64,000 bases of DNA from Candidatus Shapirobacteria bacterium (GTDB lineage: Bacteria; Patescibacteriota; Microgenomatia; UBA12405), in NCBI GenBank assembly GCA_041663285.1, contig JBAZSP010000001.1, positions 7,454 to 71,453 on the forward strand, read 5' to 3'. Of the stretch, positions 1 to 9,263 are shown piece by piece. The stretch's first letter is position 1, and the number at the start of each line of letters is the position of its first letter. A program made the translations under genes and the position numbers. The notes beneath the pieces were generated by a model. That model was not told the DNA's origin. It did not search any database and saw only the letters and a list, made by a program, of their open reading frames with translations.

Positions 1-1226
1 AGCATCATCCACAAGATTAAATTTCCCCCCAGCAAAACCACTCCCGATATTCTCGCCACCCTGGTTTTGCAGTACCGGCCCATCACTATTGCCAAGGTCG
101 GAATTCCGCTATATAGATATCGGCCCAAATTAAGTGGCCAGTCGTAAATCACCGCTGATATTGTTTGGGTAGCCAACCCTAACAACACTGGAGCCACCCA
201 AATCAGGCTCTTTTTTTGAGTCACCATCAACGGAGCTATCACCATCGCCATCAAAAACATTATGTTAATTCCGGCGATACTTTTATTGGTAGTCAAATGC
301 ATCCGCCACTCTTCCGGCCAAATTAAAGTCTCCATACTTTTTATTATTAATTGCGGAACTTGCCTAAACTCGGTTTTAATGTTTTGGGGATTTACAAACG
401 GTTGCTGCATTGCCAGTGCCTGCTTATTCGCCGTTAGACTGCCGTAGTGCTTGTAATTAAATCCCATCCATCCGGCCATCAATCCTCCGGTCAAACCTAT
501 CAATAGCACCACTCGTCTAAATTTTATTTTCCCGGCTCTTAAGTTTCGAAAAAGTACTGCCCCCCAAATAACCGCCAAATAAATCAGTGTAAATTTAGTT
601 AATATCCCCATAGCCAATACAACTGCCAATTTCAGCTGTAGCCTCGGCTTGTCTTGACTTTCAGTCTGCCAAATCAGGTATACAAATCCCAAAGCCATAA
701 ACATTTCCAGCGATGCATTGCTGATTACACTGTTTCTTATCACCATCCCCGGCCACAAAAAATAATTCAAAGCCCACACCCTGGCCCAGATATTTTTCGG
801 GTACACCTGGTTTATAAACTTTATACTTAAGCCTACCGCAGCCAGATAAATCAAAAAAGTTCCGATCCTTAGAGCGCTAATTTTTGCCGGTAGATTATTA
901 CCGACAAAATAAGCCGGTGCCGCCAATAAATAATATAGTGGCGGCTGAAATGCCTCATAGGCATACTTCCCCAAACCTTCCGACTCCAGATTACCGGTGT
1001 ATGGGTTTGGGTAATCGCCATTTTTAATCTGCAAAAATTCCTGGCTGCTGAAATCTAGCCCCAATACCGGCATCCTTTTTTCCTGTGCCACTGTCTGAAT
1101 ATAGTCAAAATGGGCACCTTCATCTATCGGGTTCCATTTTGGTAGTCTTATTACCGAAAATAGGCCTAAAGACACAATTAATAACAGTTGGACAAGAGCA
1201 ATAATTTTACCGGCCTTATCTGCCAT
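1..1226 (-). CDS. GT-C-type membrane glycosyltransferase (PMT/DUF2142-like), runs off the window edge
   Basis: Not in ORF track. Hand translation from ATG 1226: MADKAGKIIALVQ...WNPIDEGAHFDYIQ...YEAFQPPLYYLL, followed by hydrophobic segments; DE and PPLYY motifs are typical of GT-C enzymes. Confidence 0.7.
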   Translation of the reverse strand, partial: MADKAGKIIALVQLLLIVSLGLFSVIRLPKWNPIDEGAHFDYIQTVAQEKRMPVLGLDFSSQEFLQIKNGDYPNPYTGNLESEGLGKYAYEAFQPPLYYLLAAPAYFVGNNLPAKISALRIGTFLIYLAAVGLSIKFINQVYPKNIWARVWALNYFLWPGMVIRNSVISNASLEMFMALGFVYLIWQTESQDKPRLQLKLAVVLAMGILTKFTLIYLAVIWGAVLFRNLRAGKIKFRRVVLLIGLTGGLMAGWMGFNYKHYGSLTANKQALAMQQPFVNPQNIKTEFRQVPQLIIKSMETLIWPEEWRMHLTTNKSIAGINIMFLMAMVIAPLMVTQKKSLIWVAPVLLGLATQTISAVIYDWPLNLGRYLYSGIPTLAIVMGRYCKTRVARISGVVLLGGNLILWMM

Positions 1227-1248
1227 TAAGCTAAGTATAATCTAATTC

Positions 1249-2676
1249 ATGGCTCCAAAAGTTTACGACGTTGTTATTCTTGGGGCTGGCCTGGCTGGTC
1301 TGGCTTGCGCTGATCACATTTTGTCCGAAAATCCCGGCCACCAGGTAATTATTCTCGAAAAGAACAAACATATCGGCGGTCTGGCCGCCACCTTGAGGTA
1401 TCGTGGTTTTCGCTATGATTTGTCGCCCCACCGCTGGTACACCAAAAATGCCCAGTTAAATTCCTGGTTAGAAAAATTAATGGCCGACCAATTACTCTGG
1501 GTCAACAAAACTACCCCAATGTACCAGTTTGGAAAATTTTTTAATTATCCCGTCGAAATTCTCGACGTCATCAAAAAAATTGGCTTGTTTAAATCTGCCG
1601 CCATGCTCCTATCCTTTATTGGCGTAAAAATTCAACATTTAATATTACCCCGGCCTATAAGGACTATGGAAGACGCCTATAAAACCCGTTTCGGTTCTGT
1701 GCTTTACCGGTGGTTTAATTTAGAGTACAACGAAAAGTTATGGGGTAGGGGAGGTTGTCGATCTATGTCGGCCGATTTTGTCAATCAGCGGGTAAAAAAT
1801 CTGTCCATCACTTCAGCTATCGCCAATGCTCTTGGCATAAACCGTCATCAGGTCATTTCCCTGGTGCCCCGCTTTCGTTATCCCAAGCTTGGTGTCGGCC
1901 AAATTAGTCATCGGCTCCTTAAACGGCTGACCGCCAATGGAGGTAGTTGTCTACTAGATCAATCCATTACTTCAATATCCCACACAAATGGCCTTTATCG
2001 GATAACTACTACAAAAGGCCGCTTTTTCGCCCGGCATCTTATCTCTTCCGTCCCACTTCCTGTTCTCACCAGCCTCCTTTGCCCCGGGCATCGGGTTAAC
2101 GCCCAAGCCCACCGGTTAGAATTTATCGATCAAAAAATTGTCGTTCTTTTTGCCAAAGAAGCTCCATTAACGGCCTTCACTTGGCTTTATGTCCACCCGC
2201 CTCATATCAAGACCTTCCGTTTTTTGGAAACCGCCAATTGGTCCTCATTTATGTCGCCTTCTGGTAAAACCAGTTTAGTTTTTGAGTATCCTTACCAGCC
2301 GGGCGATCCGGTCAGTCAGCTTACCAGTCGGCAGCTAATTAATACCACCATCAACGATTTCCTCCGTTATTTTGCCCCGGCCGGTGTCAGCCGCCACCAT
2401 CTGATTAACGCCCGGGTCCACACTGTTTTTCAAGCTTACCCCAAATACAACCTTACTTACAAAACCTACTTGCCTAAAATCAAAAACTATCTTAGGAGCC
2501 ATCATCCAAAACTCCAATTAATCGGTCGCAACGGTCTTTTCCATTACAACAATATGGATCATTCCATTCTCACCGGTATTCTGGCCGCCAAAAATTTTCT
2601 GGCCGGCAATTCAATTTACGATCTTGACCAGGTCAACAACGACGCCGAATATGTCGAAGAAGTCCGGGTACCCTAA
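1249..2676 (+). CDS. FAD-dependent oxidoreductase (protoporphyrinogen oxidase/UDP-galactopyranose mutase-like)
   Basis: N-terminal GAGLAG Rossmann motif, EK..HIGG, C-terminal GRNGLFHYNNMDH. Confidence 0.8.
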   Translation: MAPKVYDVVILGAGLAGLACADHILSENPGHQVIILEKNKHIGGLAATLRYRGFRYDLSPHRWYTKNAQLNSWLEKLMADQLLWVNKTTPMYQFGKFFNYPVEILDVIKKIGLFKSAAMLLSFIGVKIQHLILPRPIRTMEDAYKTRFGSVLYRWFNLEYNEKLWGRGGCRSMSADFVNQRVKNLSITSAIANALGINRHQVISLVPRFRYPKLGVGQISHRLLKRLTANGGSCLLDQSITSISHTNGLYRITTTKGRFFARHLISSVPLPVLTSLLCPGHRVNAQAHRLEFIDQKIVVLFAKEAPLTAFTWLYVHPPHIKTFRFLETANWSSFMSPSGKTSLVFEYPYQPGDPVSQLTSRQLINTTINDFLRYFAPAGVSRHHLINARVHTVFQAYPKYNLTYKTYLPKIKNYLRSHHPKLQLIGRNGLFHYNNMDHSILTGILAAKNFLAGNSIYDLDQVNNDAEYVEEVRVP

Positions 2677-3533
2677 ATCAGCGGCACTACGTCCGACACC
2701 ATTCGCTGGTTTGGAAATTCTTTTCGCAGTCTCTCAATATCAGCCGTTTCCATTTGCCAGCCTACCGCTTTCAAATTTTCATCCAAATGCTCCTGGCTGC
2801 CCATTTTAGTAATAGCGACTACATTGTTTTGCGAAATTAGCCAGTTTAGGGCAATTTGGGCTGCAGTTTTTTGATATTTACTCATCATCTCCTCCATAAC
2901 CTTTGGTGGGTTACCCAAAATTCCCTCCGTCTGTAGCGGCCGCCAGGCAACAAACAACATATCGTTTTTTTGGCAATAATCAACCAGCCCCGCCTTTTCG
3001 GTTTCTCTTACCACCAGATTTAGGTGCAACTGGTTCGCCACGATTTTTGAATCACATAAACTTTGGGCTTCCTCTAACCGTTTAATATTAAAATTACTCA
3101 CGCCAATATTTTTTATCCAGCCTTCTTTTTTTAGCCAATTCATTGCCTTCATCGTTTCGGCTATTGGTATTTCCAAATTCGGTTTGTGTACCAGGTAAAG
3201 ATCCAAATAATCTACCCCAAGCCTCTTGAGGCTGCCCTTAGCTGCTGCAATTACGTCTTCAAAACTCAAATTATTTTTTGCTACTTTTGAGACTAAAAAA
3301 ATTTTTTTCCGGTCAAAATTCTTAATCGCCTGCCCCACAATCTCTTCCGCCCCGCCCTGGGCATAACTTTCCGCCGTATCTATATGGCTAATTCCGGAAT
3401 TTATTGCCATCTCCACCGATTTAATTTCGGTTACTTTTAAATCCGGATACTCACCCATCATCCAGGTCCCCAGCCCCAGCACCGGCATTTCAAAGCCATT
3501 AGTTAGTTTTTTTGTTGGAATAGTTTTAATCAT
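2673..3533 (-). CDS. Aldo/keto reductase
   Basis: LGLGTW, IDTAESY, SK, DYLDLYLVH and IGVSNF motifs. Confidence 0.95.
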   Translation of the reverse strand: MIKTIPTKKLTNGFEMPVLGLGTWMMGEYPDLKVTEIKSVEMAINSGISHIDTAESYAQGGAEEIVGQAIKNFDRKKIFLVSKVAKNNLSFEDVIAAAKGSLKRLGVDYLDLYLVHKPNLEIPIAETMKAMNWLKKEGWIKNIGVSNFNIKRLEEAQSLCDSKIVANQLHLNLVVRETEKAGLVDYCQKNDMLFVAWRPLQTEGILGNPPKVMEEMMSKYQKTAAQIALNWLISQNNVVAITKMGSQEHLDENLKAVGWQMETADIERLRKEFPNQRMVSDVVPLI

Positions 3534-3556
3534 AGTCCATTTTACCTCTTTCTTTT

Positions 3557-3588
3557 TTAAGCTTAATTACAGTTTCGTTTCTTATACT
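3557..3588 (+). promoter_or_regulatory. OmpR-type direct-repeat box plus -10 hexamer
   Basis: TTAAG-cttaat-TACAG (3557-3572), 10 nt, then TATACT (3583-3588). Confidence 0.6.
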
Positions 3589-3594
3589 CATCTC

Positions 3595-3660
3595 ACTTTT
3601 AGCTGCCAAACAGCGCCCGGATCAAACGTAACACTCTGGGCGTTGTTTAGCCGCTACAAG
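3595..3660 (+). ncRNA. Candidate structured sRNA or leader
   Basis: 14-bp stem 3608-3621/3635-3648 whose two imperfect pairs are G-U on the + strand, just downstream of the boxed promoter; ends approximate. Confidence 0.35.
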
Positions 3661-3702
3661 TCCCAGCTTGTCAGTCATGCAAATATCTTCTTACCGATTT
3701 TG

Positions 3703-3733
3703 TACAGCTTAATTTCAGCCCTGGCTTTATACT
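3703..3733 (+). promoter_or_regulatory. OmpR-type direct-repeat box plus -10 (autoregulatory promoter)
   Basis: TACAG-cttaat-TTCAG (3703-3718), 9 nt, TATACT (3728-3733), ATG 6 nt later. Confidence 0.6.
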
Positions 3734-3739
3734 ATCCTT

Positions 3740-4414
3740 ATGCGAATTCTGGTAGTTGAAGATGAACACCGTATCGCCAACTCGATCAAAAAAGGCCTTG
3801 AGCAGGAGCGCTATGCTGTTGATGTTGCCTATGATGGTACCGGGGGTTTCGATCTGGCCTCAACCGAAGATTATGATTTAATCATTCTTGACCTGATGTT
3901 ACCCGGTATTGACGGCCTAACAATTTGCCAAAGGCTACGCCAAAAAGATATCCACACTCCAGTTTTAATTTTAACCGCCAAGGATCAGATTCAGGATAAA
4001 GTCAAAGGCCTCAATACCGGTGCCGATGACTATCTTACCAAGCCCTTTGCTTTTGATGAACTATTAGCTCGAATTCGGGCGCTAAGCCGTCGGCCCAAAA
4101 ATGTTTTAAGTTCTGTTTTAACCGTCTCCGACTTACGGCTTAATACCCAGACTTTTGAAGTTTTCCGTGACGGCCACTCAATCACTTTGTCCGGCAAAGA
4201 GTTCGCCCTGCTTGAGTATTTAATGCGCCACCCTCGTCAGATTGTCAACAAAGATCAGATAATAAACCACGTTTGGGATTACGATTCCAACATTTTACCC
4301 AACACTGTCGAAGTTTATATCCGCCATCTTCGTCGCAAAATAGATTTGCCTTTCAAAAGCTTGCCCCGGCTAATCCATACTATCCGGGGCTTTGGTTATA
4401 AACTTGGTAGCTAA
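3740..4414 (+). CDS. OmpR/PhoB-family response regulator
   Basis: Receiver domain (VVEDE, DLMLP, GADDYLTKPF) plus winged helix (TIRGFGY). Confidence 0.97.
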   Translation: MRILVVEDEHRIANSIKKGLEQERYAVDVAYDGTGGFDLASTEDYDLIILDLMLPGIDGLTICQRLRQKDIHTPVLILTAKDQIQDKVKGLNTGADDYLTKPFAFDELLARIRALSRRPKNVLSSVLTVSDLRLNTQTFEVFRDGHSITLSGKEFALLEYLMRHPRQIVNKDQIINHVWDYDSNILPNTVEVYIRHLRRKIDLPFKSLPRLIHTIRGFGYKLGS

Positions 4415-4450
4415 GTATAATAAAGAGTAACTTCGGCATTAAAATTAACC

Positions 4451-5470
4451 ATGTTCAAACAAGCCCGCCTGAAGTTAACTGCCTGGTACCTGGTAATTAT
4501 CATGTTTATCAGCCTTTCTTTTAGTCTGGTTATTTTCCGGTTTCTTTGCCTCGAAGTTGATCGTTTTGCCAACATGCAACGTTTCCGGTTTGAGCGTCGC
4601 TTTTTAGAGAACGGTATTTCGCCGCCTTTAATTATTGTTGATTCCCAGCTGGTTGCTGACACCAAAAGCCGGGTAGCTCTGGTTTTGGCCCTAATCAACG
4701 GAGGTATTTTGTTTATTTCCGGGGGCTTAGGCTTTTTATTAGCCGGCAAAACCCTCAAGCCCATCCAGCAAATGCTGGACGACCAGAAGCGATTTGTTTC
4801 CGACGCTTCCCACGAGCTACGCACCCCGTTAACTTCTCTCAAAAGCGCCATAGAAGTCGGCCTCCGCGACAAAAAGCTTACCCTAAAAGACGCCAAAATT
4901 TTACTTAAAGAAAATATTGCCGACGTTGACCGTCTCCAATTACTTACCCAGGGTCTTCTTAAACTTACCAATTCCGCCGCTGTCGATTCTGCAATCAAAT
5001 TCAGCCAAACCTCCGCCGAAGCTATTGTTAACGAAGTCATAAAAAGAACCAAATCTATCGCTACTTCTAAAAATATCACTATCCTTAATCAAGTCAAAGA
5101 CATCCGCATTTCCGCCGATCCCTCCGGTCTGGCCGATGTTTTAGTGATTCTTATCGATAATGCCATTAAGTACAGTCAGGATTCAACCCGCATTACCATT
5201 TCTTCCCGCCAGCACGACGCTTATCTTTATTTGTCTGTCACCGATCAGGGTGTTGGCATTAATAGCTTCGACCTGCCCCGTATTTTTGACCGCTTCTATC
5301 GGGCCGATCAATCACGATCTGCTTCTTCTCCGCCGGGTTATGGACTGGGGCTGTCAATTGCCCAAAAAATTATTACTGCCCATCATGGAGCTATCAGCGT
5401 GGTCAGTAAACCGGGGCAGGGGAGCACCTTTACTGTTAAACTTCCCCTCGTTCAGCCAAAATTAAGTTAA
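4451..5470 (+). CDS. Sensor histidine kinase
   Basis: Two TM helices, H-box DASHELRTPL, N-box DNAIKY, DQGVG and GYGLGLSI. Confidence 0.97.
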   Translation: MFKQARLKLTAWYLVIIMFISLSFSLVIFRFLCLEVDRFANMQRFRFERRFLENGISPPLIIVDSQLVADTKSRVALVLALINGGILFISGGLGFLLAGKTLKPIQQMLDDQKRFVSDASHELRTPLTSLKSAIEVGLRDKKLTLKDAKILLKENIADVDRLQLLTQGLLKLTNSAAVDSAIKFSQTSAEAIVNEVIKRTKSIATSKNITILNQVKDIRISADPSGLADVLVILIDNAIKYSQDSTRITISSRQHDAYLYLSVTDQGVGINSFDLPRIFDRFYRADQSRSASSPPGYGLGLSIAQKIITAHHGAISVVSKPGQGSTFTVKLPLVQPKLS

Positions 5471-5482
5471 CAAAAATAAACT
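5451..5482 (+). promoter_or_regulatory. OmpR-type direct-repeat box plus -10 for the exporter operon
   Basis: TTCAG-ccaaaa-TTAAG (5451-5466), 10 nt, TAAACT (5477-5482), ATG at 5488. Confidence 0.6.
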
Positions 5483-5487
5483 CGGCC

Positions 5488-6714
5488 ATGTTTAAAAAAT
5501 TACCGTTACTTTACAAAGTTTTGTTAATTACTCTTCTCCTTGTATCCCTCTACTACGTCTATAATCGCCGCCAAGCCGGCCAGTCCGCTGTTCCCCAATA
5601 TCAGACCGCCAAAGCCGAAAAAGGTACTTTAATTGTTGCCCTCACCTCATCCGGCCAGATTACCACCAGTAACAGCCGGACCGTCACCACCACTGCCTCC
5701 GGCGTAGTTAAAAAGGTATTTGTTAAAGAAGGAGATAAGGTCAAAACCGGCACTCCGATTCTCCAAATCGATCTGGATTTAACCGGCCAGCAAAAGCTGC
5801 AATCTGCTTATTCGTCTTATTTGTCCGCCCAAAACAGCCTTAAGTCTGCTCAGGACCGGCTATATAGTCTCGAAAGCGATTTTGTTGGTGCCAAAAACGT
5901 TTTTGACAACCAATGGGCCAGCCAATCCCCGGACGACCCAACTTACAAACAAAAACATTTTGCTCTTTTAACTGCCCAGGAGTCTCTGGCCAACCAACAA
6001 AAAGTTATCAATCAAGCTCAGGCCGCCCTTCAGTCCTCCCGATTATCCTATCAATTGGCTAGCTCTACTGTTTATGCTCCAATTTCCGGAACTGTTACCG
6101 CAATTTCATTAACTCCCGGCATGATCTTAAATCCCACCAGTGATTCCGGTAATAGTAGTAACATCGAAAACAAAATCGCTTTGGTCAAAACCGGTGCTGC
6201 TCCCACCGTCAGCATTAGCCTCACCGAAATTGATGTTCCCAAGGTCAAGGTTGGCAATAAAGTTACGATTACCTTAGATGCTTTCCCCTCAAAAAGCTTC
6301 ACCGGTAAAGTTATCGCTGTCGATACTACCGGTACTGTTTCTTCCGGAGTTGCCTCTTATCCGACCACCATTCAATTTGACTCCGAAGAGCCGGAAATTT
6401 TGGCCAATATGTCAGCTACTGCCAATATCATTACCAATATCAAAGATTCGGTTTTACTGGTTCCGGCCTCAGCAATTCAAATTCAAAACGGCCAGTCTCA
6501 AATCCGCTATCTTAGTAACGGCCAGCTGGCTTACAAAACCGTCGAGGTCGGCCTTCAATCGTCCACCCAAGCCGAAATTATTTCCGGCATTAGTGAAGGG
6601 GATGAGGTCGTTACTTCGGTAACCACCCCGGCTTCCTCATCCACTTCTTCCCAAAGTTCTTCACCTTTTAGTGGATTTGGCGGCGGTGGCGGCGTACGGA
6701 TTATGAATCGATAA
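5488..6714 (+). CDS. MacA-like membrane fusion/adaptor protein
   Basis: N-terminal TM, lipoyl-like halves (SGVVKKVFVKEGDKV; APISGTV), coiled coil, IISGISEGDEVV. Confidence 0.92.
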   Translation: MFKKLPLLYKVLLITLLLVSLYYVYNRRQAGQSAVPQYQTAKAEKGTLIVALTSSGQITTSNSRTVTTTASGVVKKVFVKEGDKVKTGTPILQIDLDLTGQQKLQSAYSSYLSAQNSLKSAQDRLYSLESDFVGAKNVFDNQWASQSPDDPTYKQKHFALLTAQESLANQQKVINQAQAALQSSRLSYQLASSTVYAPISGTVTAISLTPGMILNPTSDSGNSSNIENKIALVKTGAAPTVSISLTEIDVPKVKVGNKVTITLDAFPSKSFTGKVIAVDTTGTVSSGVASYPTTIQFDSEEPEILANMSATANIITNIKDSVLLVPASAIQIQNGQSQIRYLSNGQLAYKTVEVGLQSSTQAEIISGISEGDEVVTSVTTPASSSTSSQSSSPFSGFGGGGGVRIMNR

Positions 6715-6718
6715 ACTT

Positions 6719-7393
6719 ATGATTAAAGTTAGCCATCTGACCAAGGTCTACCACAACGACGGTGTCGACACCGTCGCCTTAAGAGGGATTTCTTTCGAAG
6801 TTAAGGCTGGGGAGTTTGTCTCCATCATGGGGCCTTCGGGTAGTGGCAAATCTACCCTGATGCATATTCTGGGGGCTCTTGACGTGCCTTCCTCCGGTTC
6901 CTATCTTCTTGATAATCAAAATATTGAAAGTTTAAACGACGACCAGCTAGCCGAAATCCGTAACCTCAAGATCGGTTTTGTTTTTCAGGCATTTAATCTA
7001 CTACCCCGAACTACTGCCTTAAAAAACGTTATGTTGCCTATGGCATATGCCGGTATTGACAATCAATTGCGGGAAGAAAAATCCCGGTATTTTTTAAATT
7101 TGGTCGGATTAGCCGATAGGATGTATCACACCTCCAACCAGCTTTCCGGCGGCCAGCAACAACGGGTGGCCATTGCCCGGGCCCTGGCTCTTGACCCCAA
7201 AATCATTCTGGCCGATGAGCCGACCGGCAATATCGCCACCGATCAGGCCGAGGAGATAATGGCAATTTTTTCCCGGATCAATCACGATGGCCGGACTATT
7301 GTCATGATTACCCACGAAGAAGATATTGCCCGTCATTCGCAAAGAATAATTACCATCCGCGACGGCAAAATCGAAAAGGATAAAAAAATATGA
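6719..7393 (+). CDS. ABC transporter ATP-binding protein (LolD/MacB type)
   Basis: [28 protein letters not shown]. Confidence 0.97.
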   Translation: MIKVSHLTKVYHNDGVDTVALRGISFEVKAGEFVSIMGPSGSGKSTLMHILGALDVPSSGSYLLDNQNIESLNDDQLAEIRNLKIGFVFQAFNLLPRTTALKNVMLPMAYAGIDNQLREEKSRYFLNLVGLADRMYHTSNQLSGGQQQRVAIARALALDPKIILADEPTGNIATDQAEEIMAIFSRINHDGRTIVMITHEEDIARHSQRIITIRDGKIEKDKKI

Positions 7394-7468
7394 ATCGCTC
7401 TAACACCTATCTTTCGCCTTATACAAAAACTTTATCATTCCGTACCTTTTTCCATTACCCCTTTATCC

Positions 7469-7513
7469 GTCATTTCCAAGACTTCGACGTAAGTCGGAAG
7501 CCGAAGCCATCTC
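7469..7513. repeat. Degenerate GTCATT...GAAGCAATCTC-type palindromic repeat remnant
   Basis: GTCATTTCCAAG-acttcgacgtaagtcggaa-GCCGAAGCCATCTC with an internal GTAA-loop hairpin, lying in a 145-bp gap inside an ABC operon. Confidence 0.35.
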
Positions 7514-7538
7514 AACCGCTGATTTTTTAATAAACACC

Positions 7539-8765
7539 ATGACCCTCAAAGAAATTATCCTCGAAGGCATCCAAACCTTAGGTCTAAACAAAATGCGGAC
7601 CGGCTTAGCCGCTTTGGGCATCATTATCGGTATCGGTAGCGTCATCGCCTTAATCTCCTTGGGGCAGGGGAGCCAGCTGGCAGTCGAAAACCAAATCCAG
7701 TCTCTTGGCGCCAACTTATTAACCGTCATGCCGGGCGGTAGCCGGCAACAGGGCAACGTCCGTCAGGCAGCTGGCAGCAATACCACCCTCACTCTGGACG
7801 ATGCCCTCTCAATTGTATCTTCCAGCCAGATCACCGCTGTCAAAAACGTTTCGCCCGAATTTTCCCGACGCTACCAGGTAATTGCCGGGGGCAACAACAC
7901 CAATACTCAAGTCATGGGTGTTTACCCTCAATACGCCGAAATCCGAAAAATTAGTTTATCCGGTGGTAACTTTGTCAGTCAACGTGAAGTCGATAGCCTG
8001 GCCAAAGTGGCAGTTTTGGGTTCTGAAGTTGTCACCAACTTGTTTGGTGAAGGAGCTAATCCTATCGGCCAATCAATCAGAATCAACAAACAGAGTTTTA
8101 TTGTTATCGGAGTGGCCCAATCAAAAGGTGGATCAGGTTTTATGAACCAGGACGATATAATTTATATTCCCCTGTCTACCCTTCAAAAGCAGCTGGCGGG
8201 TGTCAGTTATTTATCTACCATCGCCATCGAAGCCAAGTCCCAGGAATTAATGGTTGAGGCCCAAAACCAGGTTGGTTACTTCCTTCTTGACCGGCACAAA
8301 CTTTCCGATCCTGCTCAAGCCGATTTTTCCATTATGTCGCAAAACGATATTCTCAACACTGCTTCACAAGTCACCGGTACTTTTACCACTTTATTAAGCG
8401 GTATCGCGGCTATCTCACTTATAGTCGGCGGTATTGGTATTATGAACATCATGCTGGTCACCGTTACCGAACGCACCCGCGAAATTGGCCTCCGCAAAGC
8501 TCTTGGTGCCAAAAGAAAAACCATCATCACTCAATTTTTAGTTGAAGCCGTCATTTTAACCTTTATTGGTGGTATTCTGGGCATGGTTTTGGGTATCGGC
8601 ACCTCCCTGGCTTTATCAAAATTAATGGGTTTCCCCTTTGCTGTTTCCCCCGTATCGATTATCTTAGCCATCGGTGTCTCGGCTGGTATCGGTATAATAT
8701 TTGGCTGGTATCCGGCCAAAAAGGCCGCCCGCCTTCAACCCATTGAAGCATTAAGATACGAGTAA
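7539..8765 (+). CDS. MacB/FtsX-family ABC permease
   Basis: LGIIIGI, periplasmic domain, GGIGIMNIMLVTVTERTREIG, PIEALRYE. Confidence 0.97.
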   Translation: MTLKEIILEGIQTLGLNKMRTGLAALGIIIGIGSVIALISLGQGSQLAVENQIQSLGANLLTVMPGGSRQQGNVRQAAGSNTTLTLDDALSIVSSSQITAVKNVSPEFSRRYQVIAGGNNTNTQVMGVYPQYAEIRKISLSGGNFVSQREVDSLAKVAVLGSEVVTNLFGEGANPIGQSIRINKQSFIVIGVAQSKGGSGFMNQDDIIYIPLSTLQKQLAGVSYLSTIAIEAKSQELMVEAQNQVGYFLLDRHKLSDPAQADFSIMSQNDILNTASQVTGTFTTLLSGIAAISLIVGGIGIMNIMLVTVTERTREIGLRKALGAKRKTIITQFLVEAVILTFIGGILGMVLGIGTSLALSKLMGFPFAVSPVSIILAIGVSAGIGIIFGWYPAKKAARLQPIEALRYE

Positions 8766-8766
8766 T

Positions 8767-8798
8767 TTAAGCTTTTATTCAGTATCGTTTATTAAAAT
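8767..8798 (+). promoter_or_regulatory. OmpR-type direct-repeat box plus -10
   Basis: TTAAG-ctttta-TTCAG (8767-8782), 10 nt, TAAAAT (8793-8798). Confidence 0.6.
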
Positions 8799-8813
8799 TT
8801 TTAAAACAATCTT

Positions 8814-9260
8814 ATGAAAACCAACCTTCCCGTGACTATCGTCCTCGTTATTATTTCCGCTGCCGTCGGATTTTTTGGCGGCCTCAAGTATCAGCAATCC
8901 AAAGCCTTTCCTTTCCGTAATTCCGATGCCAATGGAAACCGGATGTTAATTCGAAACGGTCAGCCAGTCGGCCAAAACGGTCAGGCGGGACGTAGTGGCT
9001 TTCGCCCTGTTAATGGCGAAATTATGAGCGCTGATGCCAAAACCATCACGGTCAAGTTACCAGACGGTGGCTCCAAAATTGTTCTGGTCACCGATCAAAC
9101 CGAAATCAGTAAATTTACCCAGGCTTCCCAGCCTGATCTGGCTACCGGCCAAAAAGTTGCCGCTTTCGGCACCGAAAACCCGGATGGTTCAATCACCGCC
9201 CAGTCTATTCAGCTTAATCCTCAATCCCGACTCCGTCCCACCGTTTCCACTACCCCGTAA
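8814..9260 (+). CDS. Membrane-anchored DUF5666-like beta protein
   Basis: N-terminal TM, then GEIMS..TITVK...DLATGQKV..G..NPDGSITAQSI. Confidence 0.7.
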   Translation: MKTNLPVTIVLVIISAAVGFFGGLKYQQSKAFPFRNSDANGNRMLIRNGQPVGQNGQAGRSGFRPVNGEIMSADAKTITVKLPDGGSKIVLVTDQTEISKFTQASQPDLATGQKVAAFGTENPDGSITAQSIQLNPQSRLRPTVSTTP

Positions 9261-9263
9261 CTT

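Noticed and set aside
4411-5079. 222-aa antisense ORF and the other short overlapping ORFs in the track
   Set aside because: They are shadows of well-supported genes on the other strand or frame and have no recognisable motifs.
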